A stretch of 64,000 nt of DNA from an uncultured delta proteobacterium (lineage in GTDB: Bacteria; Myxococcota_A; Polyangia; Fen-1088), in contig CAVTRY010000013.1 of NCBI GenBank assembly GCA_963737265.1, positions 224,001 through 288,000 on the forward strand, given 5' to 3'. A program made the translations under genes and the position numbers. Under the pieces are notes generated by a model. It made no database searches. It was not told the DNA's origin and saw only the letters and a list, made by a program, of their open reading frames with translations. Positions 1 to 11,691 of the stretch are shown piece after piece (position 1 is the stretch's first letter; every line of letters begins with the position of its first letter).

Positions 1-419
1 CCCGACACCGGCAAGGCCCCGCTGTCGTCCCCGTCCCCCGGCGCCACCGGCCGCGGCAGCGCGCGCGTGGTGCCCGCGGGAAGCTCGGCCGCGAACGCAT
101 CCAGCAATTGCGTCGCCTCGTCGGCCACCGCCAGGGTGTGAAACCAGCGCGCCAGCGCGCGCGTTCCGTCGGACAGGCGCAATTCGCCGAGTCCAGCATA
201 TTCCCGGCGGTCGAGCGTCAGCCCGGGACCGAGCGGAACCGCGTTCCACGGACCGCCCTCGGTCCGCCAGCACAGGCGACGTGAAGTCAGGGCCACGATC
301 AAGCGCGCGTAGCAAAGCCGCTCGTCGAGATCGGGCCGGAAGATCGCGCGCAAGCTCTCGCCGTCTGTAAGGGCGAGGCCGGGCAATGGCGCGAGAAGCT
401 GTGGGGACGTGTCCGTCAT
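1..419 (-). CDS. N-terminus (partial, runs off window) of cyanophycin-metabolism-associated ABC transporter ATP-binding/permease protein
   Basis: Manual translation from ATG at 419: MTDTSPQ...FRPDLDERLCYARLIVALTSRRL...EYAGLGELRLSDG...RWFHTLA. This resembles the N-terminal extension of ABC transporters found divergent from tandem cphA genes. Not in the ORF track because it is open at the window edge. Confidence 0.6.
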   Translation of the reverse strand, partial: MTDTSPQLLAPLPGLALTDGESLRAIFRPDLDERLCYARLIVALTSRRLCWRTEGGPWNAVPLGPGLTLDRREYAGLGELRLSDGTRALARWFHTLAVADEATQLLDAFAAELPAGTTRALPRPVAPGDGDDSGALPVS

Positions 420-544
420 AATAATGGTGGAAGGCCAGGGACTCTATCAGGCCACCCAAGAACAACGCGACTCGGATCTGGCGCTCGCCGCCGTGGAAGT
501 GCAGGATGGCGCCGTCGCATTCCCCCGCGCGACCTAGTCAAGTC

Positions 545-2635
545 ATGCAGATTCGCAAAGTCTTGTCCCTGGTTGGTCCCAACATCTGGGCGAACTATCC
601 CGTTCTCGAAGCGTGGGTCGATCTCGGCCGCTTCGACACCCTGCCTTCCAACCTGCTGCCCGGATTCAGCGATCGCCTGACAGCGTGGTTACCGTCGATG
701 ATCGAACACCGCTGCAGCGAGGGCGTGCGCGGCGGCTTTTTCGAGCGCCTGCGCGACGGAACCTGGCTCGGCCACGTGCTTGAGCACGTCACCTTGGAGC
801 TGCAAACCCTGGCGCACTTGCCGGTGGGCTACGGCCGCACGCGGGAAACCAACGAGCGCGGCGTGTACCGCGTCGTGGTCGAATGCCTGGAGCCGGGATT
901 TGCCGAGGCCTGCCTGCACACCGCACGCGACCTCATTCTGGCCGCCGTCGATGGCGTTGCGTTCGACGTTGCCGGAAACTTGCGCCGCCTGCGCGAGCTG
1001 GCGGACAAGCTCTGTCTGGGACCGAGCACGCAAGCCATCGTCAGCGCGGCCAAGGCGCGCGGGATCCCGTTCGTGCGCATGAGCCACGGCAATCTCGTTC
1101 AGCTCGGCTACGGCAAGGCCCAACGGCGCATCTGGGCCGCCGAGACCGCCAAGACCTGCGCCCTCGCCGAATCCATCGCGCAGGACAAAGAGCTCACGCG
1201 CCAGTTGCTCTATTCCGTCGGCGTGCCCATGCCGGCGGGGCGCGCCGCCACCAGCCGCGACGACGCCTGGACCGCGGCCGAAGAGCTCGGCCTGCCGGTG
1301 GTCGTCAAGCCGCAAGATGCAAACCACGGACGTGGCGTTTCCATCCGCCTTGAAGATAGAGCCGCTGTCGAGGCTGCCTTCGAGATTGCATCGCGCGAAG
1401 GCAGCGGCGTGGTGGTCGAGCGCTTTGTTTCAGGCACCCAGTATCGCGTCTTGGTCGTGGGCGACCAAGCCGTCGCGGCCAGCGGTGGGGAAGCCGAGCA
1501 GGTGCTCGCCGACGGAGTCCACACCGTCGAGGAGTTGGTCGCACAGGCCAATCAGGATCCCAAGCGCGGCGAGGATTCGGCCCTGCCTCTTACCACGCTG
1601 ATTCTCGACGAGATTTCGCTCGAGCTGCTGCGGCGCCAGGGACTGGAGAAGGACTCCGTACCCGAGGGCGGTCGCATGGTGCTGATTCACCACAACGGCG
1701 ATCTTACCGTGGACGAAACCGAGCGCATGCACCCCGAGGTCGCGGCAAGCTGCGTGGTCGCGGCGCAAACCGTGGGCCTGGACGTCGCCGGGGTGGATCT
1801 GATTGCCGAGGACATCGGGCGCCCGCTGGAGGAACAGAACGGCGCGGTCATCGAGGTCAACGCCAGTCCGGGCCTGGTTATGCACCTAAAGCCTTTGGTG
1901 GGCAGGCCCCGCCCGGTCGGCGAGGCCATCGTGAAGCACCTGTTTCCGAACCACGAGACCGGACGCGTGCCGCTGGTCGCGGTTTCCGGAACCCATGGCA
2001 AGACCACTGTCGTGTCCTTGGTCGCTGCCATCCTTGCCGCCGCAAGGCGCATGGTTGGACAAGCGAGCACGCAAGGCTTGCGGGTCGGCAAACGCGTGCT
2101 TTCCCAAAAAAGCAGCGCGGACGCGGCCAGTGCCCGCCGCTTGCTGCTGAATCCGTTCGTTGACGCCATCGTTGTCGAAACCTCGGAAATCAACATTATC
2201 CGCGAGGGATTGGCCTTCGATCGGTGCGACGTCGCCGTGGTCACCGGCCTCGGCGAAGGCGACTGTTCGGGCGAGCAGTACGTCGACGCCTCGCTGGTGG
2301 CCAAGGCCGTTCGCGCACCGGTCGACGTGGTGTTGCCCGATGGGTGCGCGGCTCTCAACGCCGACGATGCCGGGGTGGTGGCCATGGCGGAAAAATGCCG
2401 CGGAAGAGTTGTCTACTTCGCAAGAAGCGGTGAAAGTCCCGTGGTCCGCGACCATCTGAGTCGGGGTGGCCAGGCGGTCTACGTCGTCGCTGGGTGCGTC
2501 GTCGCCGCGCATGCGGACAAGTCGACGCCTGTTCTGGAGCTCGCGAACGCGGCAAGTCACGAGGTGCTGGCAGCCGTCGGGGCTGGAATCGCCCTTGGCC
2601 TGGATGTGGATGCGATCCGGCGTGGTTGCCTGTGA
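545..2635 (+). CDS. cphA: Cyanophycin synthetase, short form (N domain + ATP-grasp + truncated Mur-ligase-like domain)
   Basis: GPNIWA, EHRCSEG...GHVLEH, LGPST, VVKPQDANHGRGV, EVNASPGL, SGTHGKTT. Start set at ATG 545 (MQIRKV). Confidence 0.9.
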   Translation: MQIRKVLSLVGPNIWANYPVLEAWVDLGRFDTLPSNLLPGFSDRLTAWLPSMIEHRCSEGVRGGFFERLRDGTWLGHVLEHVTLELQTLAHLPVGYGRTRETNERGVYRVVVECLEPGFAEACLHTARDLILAAVDGVAFDVAGNLRRLRELADKLCLGPSTQAIVSAAKARGIPFVRMSHGNLVQLGYGKAQRRIWAAETAKTCALAESIAQDKELTRQLLYSVGVPMPAGRAATSRDDAWTAAEELGLPVVVKPQDANHGRGVSIRLEDRAAVEAAFEIASREGSGVVVERFVSGTQYRVLVVGDQAVAASGGEAEQVLADGVHTVEELVAQANQDPKRGEDSALPLTTLILDEISLELLRRQGLEKDSVPEGGRMVLIHHNGDLTVDETERMHPEVAASCVVAAQTVGLDVAGVDLIAEDIGRPLEEQNGAVIEVNASPGLVMHLKPLVGRPRPVGEAIVKHLFPNHETGRVPLVAVSGTHGKTTVVSLVAAILAAARRMVGQASTQGLRVGKRVLSQKSSADAASARRLLLNPFVDAIVVETSEINIIREGLAFDRCDVAVVTGLGEGDCSGEQYVDASLVAKAVRAPVDVVLPDGCAALNADDAGVVAMAEKCRGRVVYFARSGESPVVRDHLSRGGQAVYVVAGCVVAAHADKSTPVLELANAASHEVLAAVGAGIALGLDVDAIRRGCL

Positions 2636-2908
2636 GTCATTCTCCACGCTAATGCTGGCGTCACAGAGCCGCCAACTGGCTAGAATCGATGCCAAATCAT
2701 GCAACGTCCGGCCGTGACGTGGGAAAAAATAGTTGGCGAGAGCGGTCTTGAGAGCCGTCCATAGAATAATAGACTGGCCTGGATCGTCTGATTCTCATCG
2801 TCGTCTCACCCTCCGTGCGCTCCGGACAAGGTCAGGCGAATTCGCACAGCAGCAAAAGGAACATGGTTCGCCCGACCCTAGCAGGCTGGCGGCCGTGGAA
2901 AACAGCCG

Positions 2909-5563
2909 ATGAAAACAGACATCCTTCGCATCCTCCGCGGTCCCAATCTTTGGTCGGACGACACCCTTCTCGAAGTGGTGCTGGAGGTCGATTCCGATCT
3001 GCTGACGCCAGCGATGCTGGGGCGGCTGCGCGGCTGGCTGACCAAGGATTTGGCCACCATGACGCAGGCGATTTGGGACCGCAGCGAAGCCTCCGAGTCG
3101 CACCACGGCGAGGCCTGTTTGATCGCCGAGCTGACCGCGGCTCTGGAGCGCGTGGCGGGTTCCGAGGTCGCACCACCCACGGTTCACGAGCTGTCGCCCG
3201 GCACGCGTTTTCGCATCCTGGTGCAGTACCAGGAACAGGAAGTGGGAAAGCGGGCGTTGACGCTGGCGCTGGACCTGCTCGCGGCAGCGCGCACCGACAA
3301 GCGCGTCGACCTCGAAGCCGCTACCCAAGAGCTGCGCAGTCTCAACCAATCGGTCCGGCTGGGGCCGAGCACCGGCGCCATCGTGCGTGCCGCCGAGGCG
3401 CGCGGGATCCCGACGCGCCGATTGACCGACGGAAGCTTGGTCATGCTTGGATACGGATCGCGCCAGCGCCGCATCTGGGCCGCCGAAACCGACCGCACCA
3501 GCGCCATCGCCGAATCCATCGCGCAGGACAAGGAGCTGACCAAGGCGTTGCTCGCCACGGTTGGCGTTCCCGTGCCTGAGGGGCGCCCGGTTTCCAGTGC
3601 TGAAGAAGCCTGGACAGCCGCCCAGGAAATCGGAGTGCCCGTGGTGGTGAAACCGCGCAAGGGCAATCAAGGACGAGGCGTCTCGGTTGGCCTGCGAACC
3701 CGCGAAGCCGTGACGGCGGCCTTTGAAATCGCGCTGGCCCAGGACGGGGAAGTCCTCGTCGAGCGCCATGTGGACGGTTGCGACTTCCGCCTGCTGGTCA
3801 TCGGCGGTCGTTTGATTTCCGCGGCTCGGCGCGAATGTCCCACCGTGACCGGCGACGGCCAACACAGCATTGCGGGCCTGGTGGAAATCGCCAACCAGGA
3901 TCCGCTGCGCGGCGAAGATCACAGCACGGCGCTCAGCAAGTTGCGCCTGGATGCCATCGGGTGCGAAATGCTGTCCGAACAGGGCATGTCGATCGACACC
4001 ATTCCCGCCTCCGGGCAAGTGGTGATCCTGCGCCGGAATGCCAACCTCAGCACCGGCGGCAGCGCGGTGGACGTCACCGACGAGGTTCACCCCGAGGTCG
4101 CGGATCGCGCCATCGAGGCCGCCGCCATGGTGGGCCTGGACGTGGCCGGCATCGACATCGTCGCCTCGCGCATCGATCAACCTCTCGACATCACCCGCAG
4201 CGCCATCGTCGAGGTCAATGCGGCGCCTGGCCTACGCATGCACATCGAACCGTCGAGCGGCACCCCGCGCCCGGTGGGCGAGGCCATGATCAATTCCATT
4301 TTTCCGCACGGTGAAAACGGTCGTATTCCCATCGTCACCGTCACCGGCACCAACGGCAAGACCACCACCACTCGCTGCATCTCCCACCTGCTCCAGCGTT
4401 CTGGCCGCCGCGTCGGCATGACCTGCACCGACGGAATCTACGTCGAAGGTCGCCGCATCGACACCGGCGACTGCAGCGGCCCCAAGAGCGCCCGCGCCAT
4501 CCTAGGCAATCCGCGCGTCGACGCCGCCGTGCTGGAAACCGCGCGCGGCGGGGTCTTGCGCGAGGGACTCGGCTTCGACTGGTGCGACGTCGCGGTCGTC
4601 ACCAACGTCGGCGAAGGCGATCACCTGGGATTGGGCGGCATAGCCACCGTCGAGGAGCTCGCGCGGGTCAAGGCCATTCCCGTCCGTCGCGTGTCGGCGC
4701 AAGGCGCGGCCGTGCTCAACGCCGACGATCCGCTGGTGGTGGCCATTGCCAAGCTGTGCCGGGGCAGCGTGATTTTCTTCGGCCGCGATCCCGAATCGCC
4801 GGTTCTCGCCGCCCACCGTAGCGCCGGCGGCAAAGTCGTTACCGTGCGCGACGGCGCTATCGTCATCGCCACCGGCAAGGACGAACGCCGCGTGGCTAGC
4901 CTCGCCGATTTGCCGCTGACCCACGGCGGTCGCATCGCCTTCCAGGTCGAGAACCTGCTTGCCTCGGTCGCCGCGGGCCACGCGCTCGGACTGTCGCTTG
5001 AATGTCTGCGCATCGGCGTCGAAACGTTCACCAGCGACATCAAAACCGTTCCCGGCCGCTTCAATGTGCTCAGCCACTGCGGCAGCACTGTGATCCTCGA
5101 CTACGGCCACAACTCGTCCGCACTTCTGGCGCTGGGCGAGGCCATCGAGAAGATGCCGCATCGGCGGCGCAAGATTGTCTACACCGCGGCCGGTGACCGG
5201 CGCGACGAGGACATCGTCCGTCAGGCGAAAATCATCGGCGACTTCTTCCAGGACATCTTCATCTACGAAGACCAGTGCACGCGCGGCCGCCCCGACGGAG
5301 AAATCATGCGCCTCATGCGCGAAGGCTTCGGTCCCGGCCGGCGAGATCGCATCGTTCTGCAAGAAATCGGCGAGCTCGCAGCCATCGGCAGCGCCATCGC
5401 CGGCCTCAAGCCCGGCGATCTCCTGCTCTGCCAAGTAGACCAGATCGATCTCGCCCTCGACTACGTCACCCGCCTCTTCCGCCAGGCCGAGCCGCACCCA
5501 ACGAGCAGCCCATCTGCGAGGCACAAGCCCCGAGCTGTGTCCCTTCCTGCCAGCGCGGGTTGA
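2909..5563 (+). CDS. cphA: Cyanophycin synthetase, long form (ATP-grasp + complete Mur-ligase-like domains)
   Basis: [72 protein letters not shown]. Confidence 0.93.
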   Translation: MKTDILRILRGPNLWSDDTLLEVVLEVDSDLLTPAMLGRLRGWLTKDLATMTQAIWDRSEASESHHGEACLIAELTAALERVAGSEVAPPTVHELSPGTRFRILVQYQEQEVGKRALTLALDLLAAARTDKRVDLEAATQELRSLNQSVRLGPSTGAIVRAAEARGIPTRRLTDGSLVMLGYGSRQRRIWAAETDRTSAIAESIAQDKELTKALLATVGVPVPEGRPVSSAEEAWTAAQEIGVPVVVKPRKGNQGRGVSVGLRTREAVTAAFEIALAQDGEVLVERHVDGCDFRLLVIGGRLISAARRECPTVTGDGQHSIAGLVEIANQDPLRGEDHSTALSKLRLDAIGCEMLSEQGMSIDTIPASGQVVILRRNANLSTGGSAVDVTDEVHPEVADRAIEAAAMVGLDVAGIDIVASRIDQPLDITRSAIVEVNAAPGLRMHIEPSSGTPRPVGEAMINSIFPHGENGRIPIVTVTGTNGKTTTTRCISHLLQRSGRRVGMTCTDGIYVEGRRIDTGDCSGPKSARAILGNPRVDAAVLETARGGVLREGLGFDWCDVAVVTNVGEGDHLGLGGIATVEELARVKAIPVRRVSAQGAAVLNADDPLVVAIAKLCRGSVIFFGRDPESPVLAAHRSAGGKVVTVRDGAIVIATGKDERRVASLADLPLTHGGRIAFQVENLLASVAAGHALGLSLECLRIGVETFTSDIKTVPGRFNVLSHCGSTVILDYGHNSSALLALGEAIEKMPHRRRKIVYTAAGDRRDEDIVRQAKIIGDFFQDIFIYEDQCTRGRPDGEIMRLMREGFGPGRRDRIVLQEIGELAAIGSAIAGLKPGDLLLCQVDQIDLALDYVTRLFRQAEPHPTSSPSARHKPRAVSLPASAG

Positions 5564-5721
5564 AGCATCGTCTGGGGCTCGAGCTTGGGGCCAATGGGGC
5601 GTGTTGCGTGCTGGGGACGACCTTGCCGGCATCGACTGCACGAAGTTCTGAGCCAGGCGGCTTTCACGCCAACGGCCAAAGGGGCTCGCACTTGGCCAAT
5701 CCATGTGGAATGTTTTTGCCC

Positions 5722-7704
5722 ATGCCCGACTTCGAAAAATTGACTGCTGCGGCGAACATTGCGCGGGGACTGGCCATGGATGCTGTTCAGGCCTGCGCCT
5801 CCGGTCACCTCGGCCTACCGCTGGGAGCGGCCGAGATCGGCGCCGTGCTCTTCGGCGAGCTGCTTCGTCATGATCCCGACGATCCGGCGTGGATCAACCG
5901 CGATCGTTTCCTGCTCTCCGCCGGACACGGGAGCATGTTCCTGTACGCGTGGCTGCACCTTGGCGGCTACCCGCTGTCGCTCGACGAAATCAGGCGCTTT
6001 CGCCAGTGGGGATCGAAGACGCCCGGACACCCCGAGTTTCGGCACACGCCCGGCGTGGAGGCCACCACCGGTCCGCTCGGGCAAGGGGTCGGCAACGCCG
6101 TCGGGCAGGCGGTGGCGGCCAAGATGCTGGCAGCGCGCTTCAACACGGCCGAGCACACCATCTTCGATCACACCATCTGGGCCCTGGCCGGCGATGGTTG
6201 CATGCAGGAAGGTGTCGCCTCCGAGGCTGCCGCGATGGCCGGGCACTTCAAGCTCGACAACCTGATTCTGATCTACGATTCCAACTACGTCACGCTCGAC
6301 GCGATGGCCGCCAAATCGCAAAGCGAGGACACGGCCAAGCGCTTCGAGGCTTATGGCTACGAGGTCCTGCACCTCGACAAGGGAAACGACCTTGCCGAGG
6401 TCCACGACGTGTTGGCGCGCGCCCGGGCTTCGAAGAGCGGCAAGCCACGCTTCGTCCTGGCGCATACGCTGATTGGCAAAGGGATTCCGGAAGTGGAGGG
6501 AACCCAGAAGGCCCACGGCGAGGGTGGCGCGAAGTTTGTGGATCAGGCGCGCCGAGGACTCGGGTTGCCCGAGGAGAAATTCTGGGTTTCAGGCGAGGTG
6601 AAGGCGTTCTTCGCCGAACGAAGAAAGGTGCTGGGGGCAGAGCATGCCTCGTGGCGAGAAACCTTCGCCGCCTGGCGCGCGAAGAATCCCGATTTGGCGA
6701 GGCAGCTCGACGATGCCAACGCGCTGGCGGTCCCCGCGGATCTATCCGCCAAAATTCCACCCTTCGCCGCCGACGCCAAGCTGGCCACGCGCAAGGCGGG
6801 CGAGACGGTGTTGCAAGTTGTTGCCTCCGAGGTGCCGTATCTCATGGGTGCCAGCGCCGACCTCTACGGCTCGACATTCAATTACATCGCGGCCAGCACC
6901 GACTGGGACCCGTCGCACGCAAGCGGGCGCAACATCCGCATCGGCATTCGCGAACACGGCATGGGTGCCATCTTGAATGGCATCGCCTACCACGGCGGCG
7001 TGCGCCCCAGCGGCTCTACCTTCATGGTTTTCGCCGACTACCTGCGGCCGAGCATTCGCTTGGCGGCGCTGGCGCGTTTGCCCGTGATCTACGTCTTCAC
7101 CCACGATTCCGTGGGGGTGGGCGAAGACGGCCCCACCCATCAACCCATCGAGACGCTGATGGGGTTGCGCGCGATGGTCGGGCTCGACGTGATTCGCCCC
7201 GCCGATCCCGAGGAGACGGCGGGCGCGTGGCTCGCCGCCATCGAGCACACGGAAGGCCCGACGGTCCTGGCACTCACGCGGCAGGCAGTCCCGGTGCTTC
7301 CCGGCGAGGCACGGGCCAAACGTATTGGAGTCCTGCGCGGTGGCTACGTCCTTTTGCCGGAGAGTGCCGCGCTCGACACGATCCTCATCGCCACCGGAAG
7401 CGAGGTGCAGCACGCGGTGGCGGCCGCGCGCGAGCTCGGCCCCGGCACACGCGTCGTGTCCCTTCCTTGCTTTTCGCGCTTCGAGCGCCAACCGGCCGAC
7501 TACCGCGAGGCGATTTTGCCGTCTGCGTGCGAGCGGCGCGTGTCGATCGAGGCGGGCGTCACCTTCGGTTGGCGTGCCCATGTCGGAACTCGCGGCCGCA
7601 TGGTGGGAATCGATCGCTTCGGCGCGAGCGCCCCGGGGAACGTGGTCATGGAAGAGTTTGGCATGACCAAAGCGGCGGTGGTTGCGGCGGTGCGCAGCCT
7701 GTGA
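5722..7704 (+). CDS. tkt: Transketolase
   Basis: [65 protein letters not shown]. True start probably ATG 5722 rather than 5275. Confidence 0.95.
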   Translation: MPDFEKLTAAANIARGLAMDAVQACASGHLGLPLGAAEIGAVLFGELLRHDPDDPAWINRDRFLLSAGHGSMFLYAWLHLGGYPLSLDEIRRFRQWGSKTPGHPEFRHTPGVEATTGPLGQGVGNAVGQAVAAKMLAARFNTAEHTIFDHTIWALAGDGCMQEGVASEAAAMAGHFKLDNLILIYDSNYVTLDAMAAKSQSEDTAKRFEAYGYEVLHLDKGNDLAEVHDVLARARASKSGKPRFVLAHTLIGKGIPEVEGTQKAHGEGGAKFVDQARRGLGLPEEKFWVSGEVKAFFAERRKVLGAEHASWRETFAAWRAKNPDLARQLDDANALAVPADLSAKIPPFAADAKLATRKAGETVLQVVASEVPYLMGASADLYGSTFNYIAASTDWDPSHASGRNIRIGIREHGMGAILNGIAYHGGVRPSGSTFMVFADYLRPSIRLAALARLPVIYVFTHDSVGVGEDGPTHQPIETLMGLRAMVGLDVIRPADPEETAGAWLAAIEHTEGPTVLALTRQAVPVLPGEARAKRIGVLRGGYVLLPESAALDTILIATGSEVQHAVAAARELGPGTRVVSLPCFSRFERQPADYREAILPSACERRVSIEAGVTFGWRAHVGTRGRMVGIDRFGASAPGNVVMEEFGMTKAAVVAAVRSL

Positions 7705-7932
7705 GGGGCTGCGGTGCCGAACGCCAATAGGCCTCGATGAGTGAATTGGAAAAGGCGACCTCAACCTGGACGAGGATGCGGTCCAAGCATGCGGTGAGCA
7801 GGATGGAATCCACCGCGCCATTCACGTTCTCGACACCGGAATCGGCATACAGCAGCGGCCGGCCCGCAATTACAAGATGCTTGCCAGCGGCCAGCAACAC
7901 CTGGCACGTGGCATCACCCCTCCTGGGGTGGA

Positions 7933-9915
7933 TCAGAAATAGCCCATCAGCTCGGCCAGGGCCTCGGTGTAGAATCCGGTGGCGTTGCCGACGAAACGGA
8001 GCTGGCCCCAGCTTCCGAAATTGAGTGCCTGGCCCACGCTGACAACCGGGGCACGCCGCTCGTCGCCGAGGAAGTAGTAGATGTAGCGGCCCTCGGCTTC
8101 GGTCTGGAGAAAGCGTCCCAGCCGCAACACGACGCCGGCAAAGCCGCCCAAGCCAACCCGGAGGTGCTGTTCAAAGGGGGCCCCCGCGGCCACGTCGGCA
8201 TCGGTCATGACAAAGACCAGTACAGGATGCCCGAGCCGAAGTGCAATCCCGCCCCCGGTGTTGATAGCGCCGTAGCTGCAACGAAGCCCTGCACAGCCCA
8301 AGTTGCGGGCCTGGGCACCGCCGGCGCGGATGGTCCAGGCCGTCTTGGGGATCCAGCGATCGTAGCCGGAGACGGACAGGATGTTGAGCAGGTCGAGGCG
8401 CTCCGGAAACAAGGTCCGCGCTTGGTTTTCGAACCGGACGCGAAGCTGCAGCATCTCCAGCTCGGCGTCGTCGAGGTAGCCGCGCGCGGGGTCGAGAAAA
8501 TCATGCAGGGCCACGCGCAAAGAGAGCTCCTCGAAAGAAGCGTGTCCGCCGCCCGCCACGCCGCCCGCCATTCCCAGGCGCAGCGACCGGTGGCCCGTTT
8601 CCGGGGCATCGCTTGCCGCCGCAACCGCGGGCTCCAGCGGCGGCACGGAGGTTCGACCTCGCAGAATGAGGAGCTCGCGCTCTTTGCGCAGAAACTCGGC
8701 CGATGGCTCCTTGGTCAAGCCCTCGCGAAACCGCAAGAGATCGGATGCAGTATCGAGGATGCGCGCCTGCCTTTGCCTCGACCAGTCGGCGATGAGCCCC
8801 TGCGCCTCGCCTCCGTGCCGGCTCAGCGCCTCGACGACCTGGACCTCGCCGCCAGTCAACTGCGCCTTGCGCTTCAGCAACTGCGCACGCAGCGACGGCC
8901 GGACCGTGCGCGCTTTCACCAGGCCGGGAACGGATAGAATGGCGCGCAGGGTTTCGGTGGGCACGACTGGGCCGTGAAAGCGCTCGCTCAGCCGCAGGTC
9001 AGGATCCGCGACCTCGAGCAATTCGAGCAAGAAGTAGGAACAGTTCTCGGTAACGAAGTAGTAGTTGAAATGGGTGCTGCGGGTTTCCCAGGTGTGCGCC
9101 ACCAGCCGTTCGGCCTGCACCTCGGTGAGCGCCAGCTCGTATTCCCACAGGTCACGGCTTTCGATGTGCGAGTACTCCTGAATCTTCACGTAGTACGGCA
9201 TGACGTAGAAGTGGCCGGCAAAACCTCCGAAGATTCCCCTCCACGCGTAGACGAGACCATTCTTGGTGTTCTCGTCGGCGGCAAAGTTGACGATGTAGTC
9301 GATGAGGCGATTGCCTTCTCCAGTTCGGCGGGTCAGGCGCAAAAAGGTGTGGCCGTACATCGAAGCCGGACTGTTGATGTAGGCGGACGAGTAGACGAAC
9401 GCGACCTTCTCCGGCGCGATGGTCCGACGCCACAGATCGAACATGGGACAGGGCTGCGCCGCAATACGTTCGGGATCGATGGCCAGCTCCTGTCGGAGCC
9501 AGGACCATCGCGCGGGAAAGCGACACTGCGCATGCTGGCTGGACTCGTCGCTTGGGGCGCCGGTCTTGGCCCCTTCGGCAAAGGCGGCCAGGGTCGCCAT
9601 CAATTCGGCTTCCGGATCGGTTTCGCCCGCAGCGCCGGCGAGAAAGAATCCCGGTCCGTCGGCGCTGCTGCGCCAGCCGCCGAGCAGGGTGGGGTGGTAG
9701 TGAAGCAAGACCTGCCACATCCGCGAATGCGCTAACCCGTGCGCTCGCGCATGCGCCTGCAACTCGGCCAGGTAAGGCTGTTGCGCCGCCGCGGCCGGTG
9801 ATGGGCGCAGCCCGACGCTCGCACCAAGAACGGCAAGCCCCAACAGAAAAACGTCCAGGCATTCCGCTTGGGAGCGCCTGGACCATCGGTTGTGCGTGAT
9901 GTTTGCGACGGCCAA
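7933..9915 (-). CDS. DUF4105 (Lnb N-terminal-like) domain secreted/outer-membrane protein
   Basis: Signal peptide; motifs CRFPARW, SPASMYGHTFLR, EYSHIESRDLWEY, YYFVTENCSY; C-terminal beta-strand-rich region ending in F; directly downstream of DUF3015. Confidence 0.8.
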   Translation of the reverse strand: MAVANITHNRWSRRSQAECLDVFLLGLAVLGASVGLRPSPAAAAQQPYLAELQAHARAHGLAHSRMWQVLLHYHPTLLGGWRSSADGPGFFLAGAAGETDPEAELMATLAAFAEGAKTGAPSDESSQHAQCRFPARWSWLRQELAIDPERIAAQPCPMFDLWRRTIAPEKVAFVYSSAYINSPASMYGHTFLRLTRRTGEGNRLIDYIVNFAADENTKNGLVYAWRGIFGGFAGHFYVMPYYVKIQEYSHIESRDLWEYELALTEVQAERLVAHTWETRSTHFNYYFVTENCSYFLLELLEVADPDLRLSERFHGPVVPTETLRAILSVPGLVKARTVRPSLRAQLLKRKAQLTGGEVQVVEALSRHGGEAQGLIADWSRQRQARILDTASDLLRFREGLTKEPSAEFLRKERELLILRGRTSVPPLEPAVAAASDAPETGHRSLRLGMAGGVAGGGHASFEELSLRVALHDFLDPARGYLDDAELEMLQLRVRFENQARTLFPERLDLLNILSVSGYDRWIPKTAWTIRAGGAQARNLGCAGLRCSYGAINTGGGIALRLGHPVLVFVMTDADVAAGAPFEQHLRVGLGGFAGVVLRLGRFLQTEAEGRYIYYFLGDERRAPVVSVGQALNFGSWGQLRFVGNATGFYTEALAELMGYF

Positions 9916-10462
9916 CTAGCGCTTGGCTAAGGTCGTCGATAACTTGCCTTCGGCGCGGGCGATGGCCCGCTCGTCGGTGCAGCTTGCCGCAAGCGACGGC
10001 GATGCCTTGATCTGCTGCTTGACGCTCATGAGCATCTGGATGGGCGTGGTTGAGGTGCTGGGCACCAGTGTCTCGATCTTGTCCTGGGTCATCCTTGCGA
10101 AGGTCGGCTTGGCCGAGTCCTCGCAACCGAGCAGCGTAGCGAACGAAGCGAGGTACTCACCACCCCCGGCCGCCATGTTGGCTTTCAGATCTTGGAAATT
10201 GACCTCGGCGAACGCGGCCTGTTCGCGCTCGGCCTTGATGACCCCGCCGCTGACGCAGTTCGAAGTCCCAGATGTGATGCCGAAGGTTTGCGTACCAAAG
10301 AGACCATTGGTGGTGGCAGCAAGGACCTGCTTGAACATCGTTTGGTCGTTGCCAAACGCGATCGAATCCCAGGCCGCATCCAGCCATTCCGTATGGTTGT
10401 GCGTGGGCCGAGCCTGCAACGGACAGGGCTAACATTCCTACTGCAAGTGCGAGTGTCTTCAT
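9916..10462 (-). CDS. DUF3015 family secreted protein (apparent +1 frameshift near 10365)
   Basis: Signal peptide + YGMAGCGLG in one frame; QVLAATTN..GTQTFGITSGTSNC and MAAGGGEYL in the next. Removing one base at 10365-10366 restores GLGSIAFGND. Confidence 0.75.
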
Positions 10463-11062
10463 GGATTCAATCCTCCAACTCTAGTTACGACCGCATCCAG
10501 TAGACCCACCGTGGGTCGTCCCATGCATGCGGTGCGATGATTCTACTGAGGTTCGCTACACGTGCAATCATTGACTGAAGACGTGTCCATCAATCGCTCT
10601 CGTCGCCCGTCCGGCTGCGCAGCCCGCCCGCTTCGTTTCTCCTCGCTTACATAGCGCCATTTTTCCTTCACCAAATCGCGCTCTCGGATCCATAATAGAA
10701 GGCGTCACGTAGGTCTGGGCACCTGATCTACCCCCTACCCAGGCATTCACGGCGCGGTCATGGAAGCGCCCAAGCGTGTACCTGGCCTGTTGGACGAGGT
10801 ACGAAGCCCGATGGCGCACGCCCGATTTTGCGAGCTCGGATTCTGGTTTGTCGGTAATAATAAAGAGCCTCTTTCCAGTTTCGGTCGTTGAAGAACCACT
10901 TCCTTGGTACGTCGAGGCCGACGATAGGAAGAGAAGGGGGGTGCGTCAATCGGAAAAGCAAACCGCTTCGTTGCACAGGCGCGACACAAGCGCACTGGAT
11001 CGAGGCATGGCTTGCGTCGTCCTTGCCCGCTCGTACGTGCTGTGGCATGGTGATACGTACGC

Positions 11063-11317
11063 ATGAAAGCCGTCGCGGATAAGAAGACATTGAGGAAGCT
11101 AACCGCCTCGCGGTTGCGGATGGATGTGTACAGGGTACTCGACCGAGTGCTTGAGACCGGGGTTCCCGCCGAGGTCGAGCGACGCGGCAGGTTGCTGCGC
11201 ATCGTGCCCGCGGAGACGGTCGAGCGGCTCAAACGCCTTCCTTCCCGTCCGAACTTCATCAAGGGAGACCCGGAGGATCTGGTACACCTAGACTGGTCGC
11301 ACGCGTGGCGGCCATGA
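11063..11317 (+). CDS. Type II antitoxin, Phd/YefM-like
   Basis: TASRLRMDVYRVLDRVLETGVPAEVERRGRLLRIVP; ATGA overlap with downstream PIN toxin. Confidence 0.72.
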   Translation: MKAVADKKTLRKLTASRLRMDVYRVLDRVLETGVPAEVERRGRLLRIVPAETVERLKRLPSRPNFIKGDPEDLVHLDWSHAWRP

Positions 11318-11691
11318 TCCACCTCGACACCCATGCTGTAGTTTGGCTCTACGCCGGCGATCTGACCCGTTTCCCGGCTGGGGCGCGCAAGCGGATCGAG
11401 CGCGAGGAACTCCTCATCTCGCCGATGGTGGCGCTTGAATTGGACTATTTGCACGAAGTCGGCCGGATAGCGGAAGGTGCCGCCACCGTGCTCCAGGACC
11501 TGGCGCACACGTTGGGGCTAGCCCAGGACGATGGAAACTTTGCCGCCGTGGTGACCGCGGCCAGGGCGTTCGCTTGGACCCGGGATCCTTTCGATCGGAT
11601 GATCGTGGGGCACGCGGCCATGGCCGGGGCCAGCCTGATGACCAAGGATCGAAACATCCGCCAGCACTACCGTCAAGCAGTATGGGGCTGA
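11314..11691 (+). CDS. vapC: VapC/PIN-domain toxin
   Basis: IHLDTHAVVW, ISPMVALEL, TRDPFDRMIVGHA, LMTKD: the acidic PIN catalytic residues. Confidence 0.85.
   Translation: MIHLDTHAVVWLYAGDLTRFPAGARKRIEREELLISPMVALELDYLHEVGRIAEGAATVLQDLAHTLGLAQDDGNFAAVVTAARAFAWTRDPFDRMIVGHAAMAGASLMTKDRNIRQHYRQAVWG

Noticed and set aside
5275-5721. 150-aa N-terminal extension of transketolase in the ORF track
   Set aside because: Overlaps cphA in another frame and has no tkt similarity; homology starts at MPDFEKL (5722).
10500-11060. Lower-GC stretch with short minus-strand ORFs
   Set aside because: Probably a gene remnant, but no family could be recognised from the sequence.
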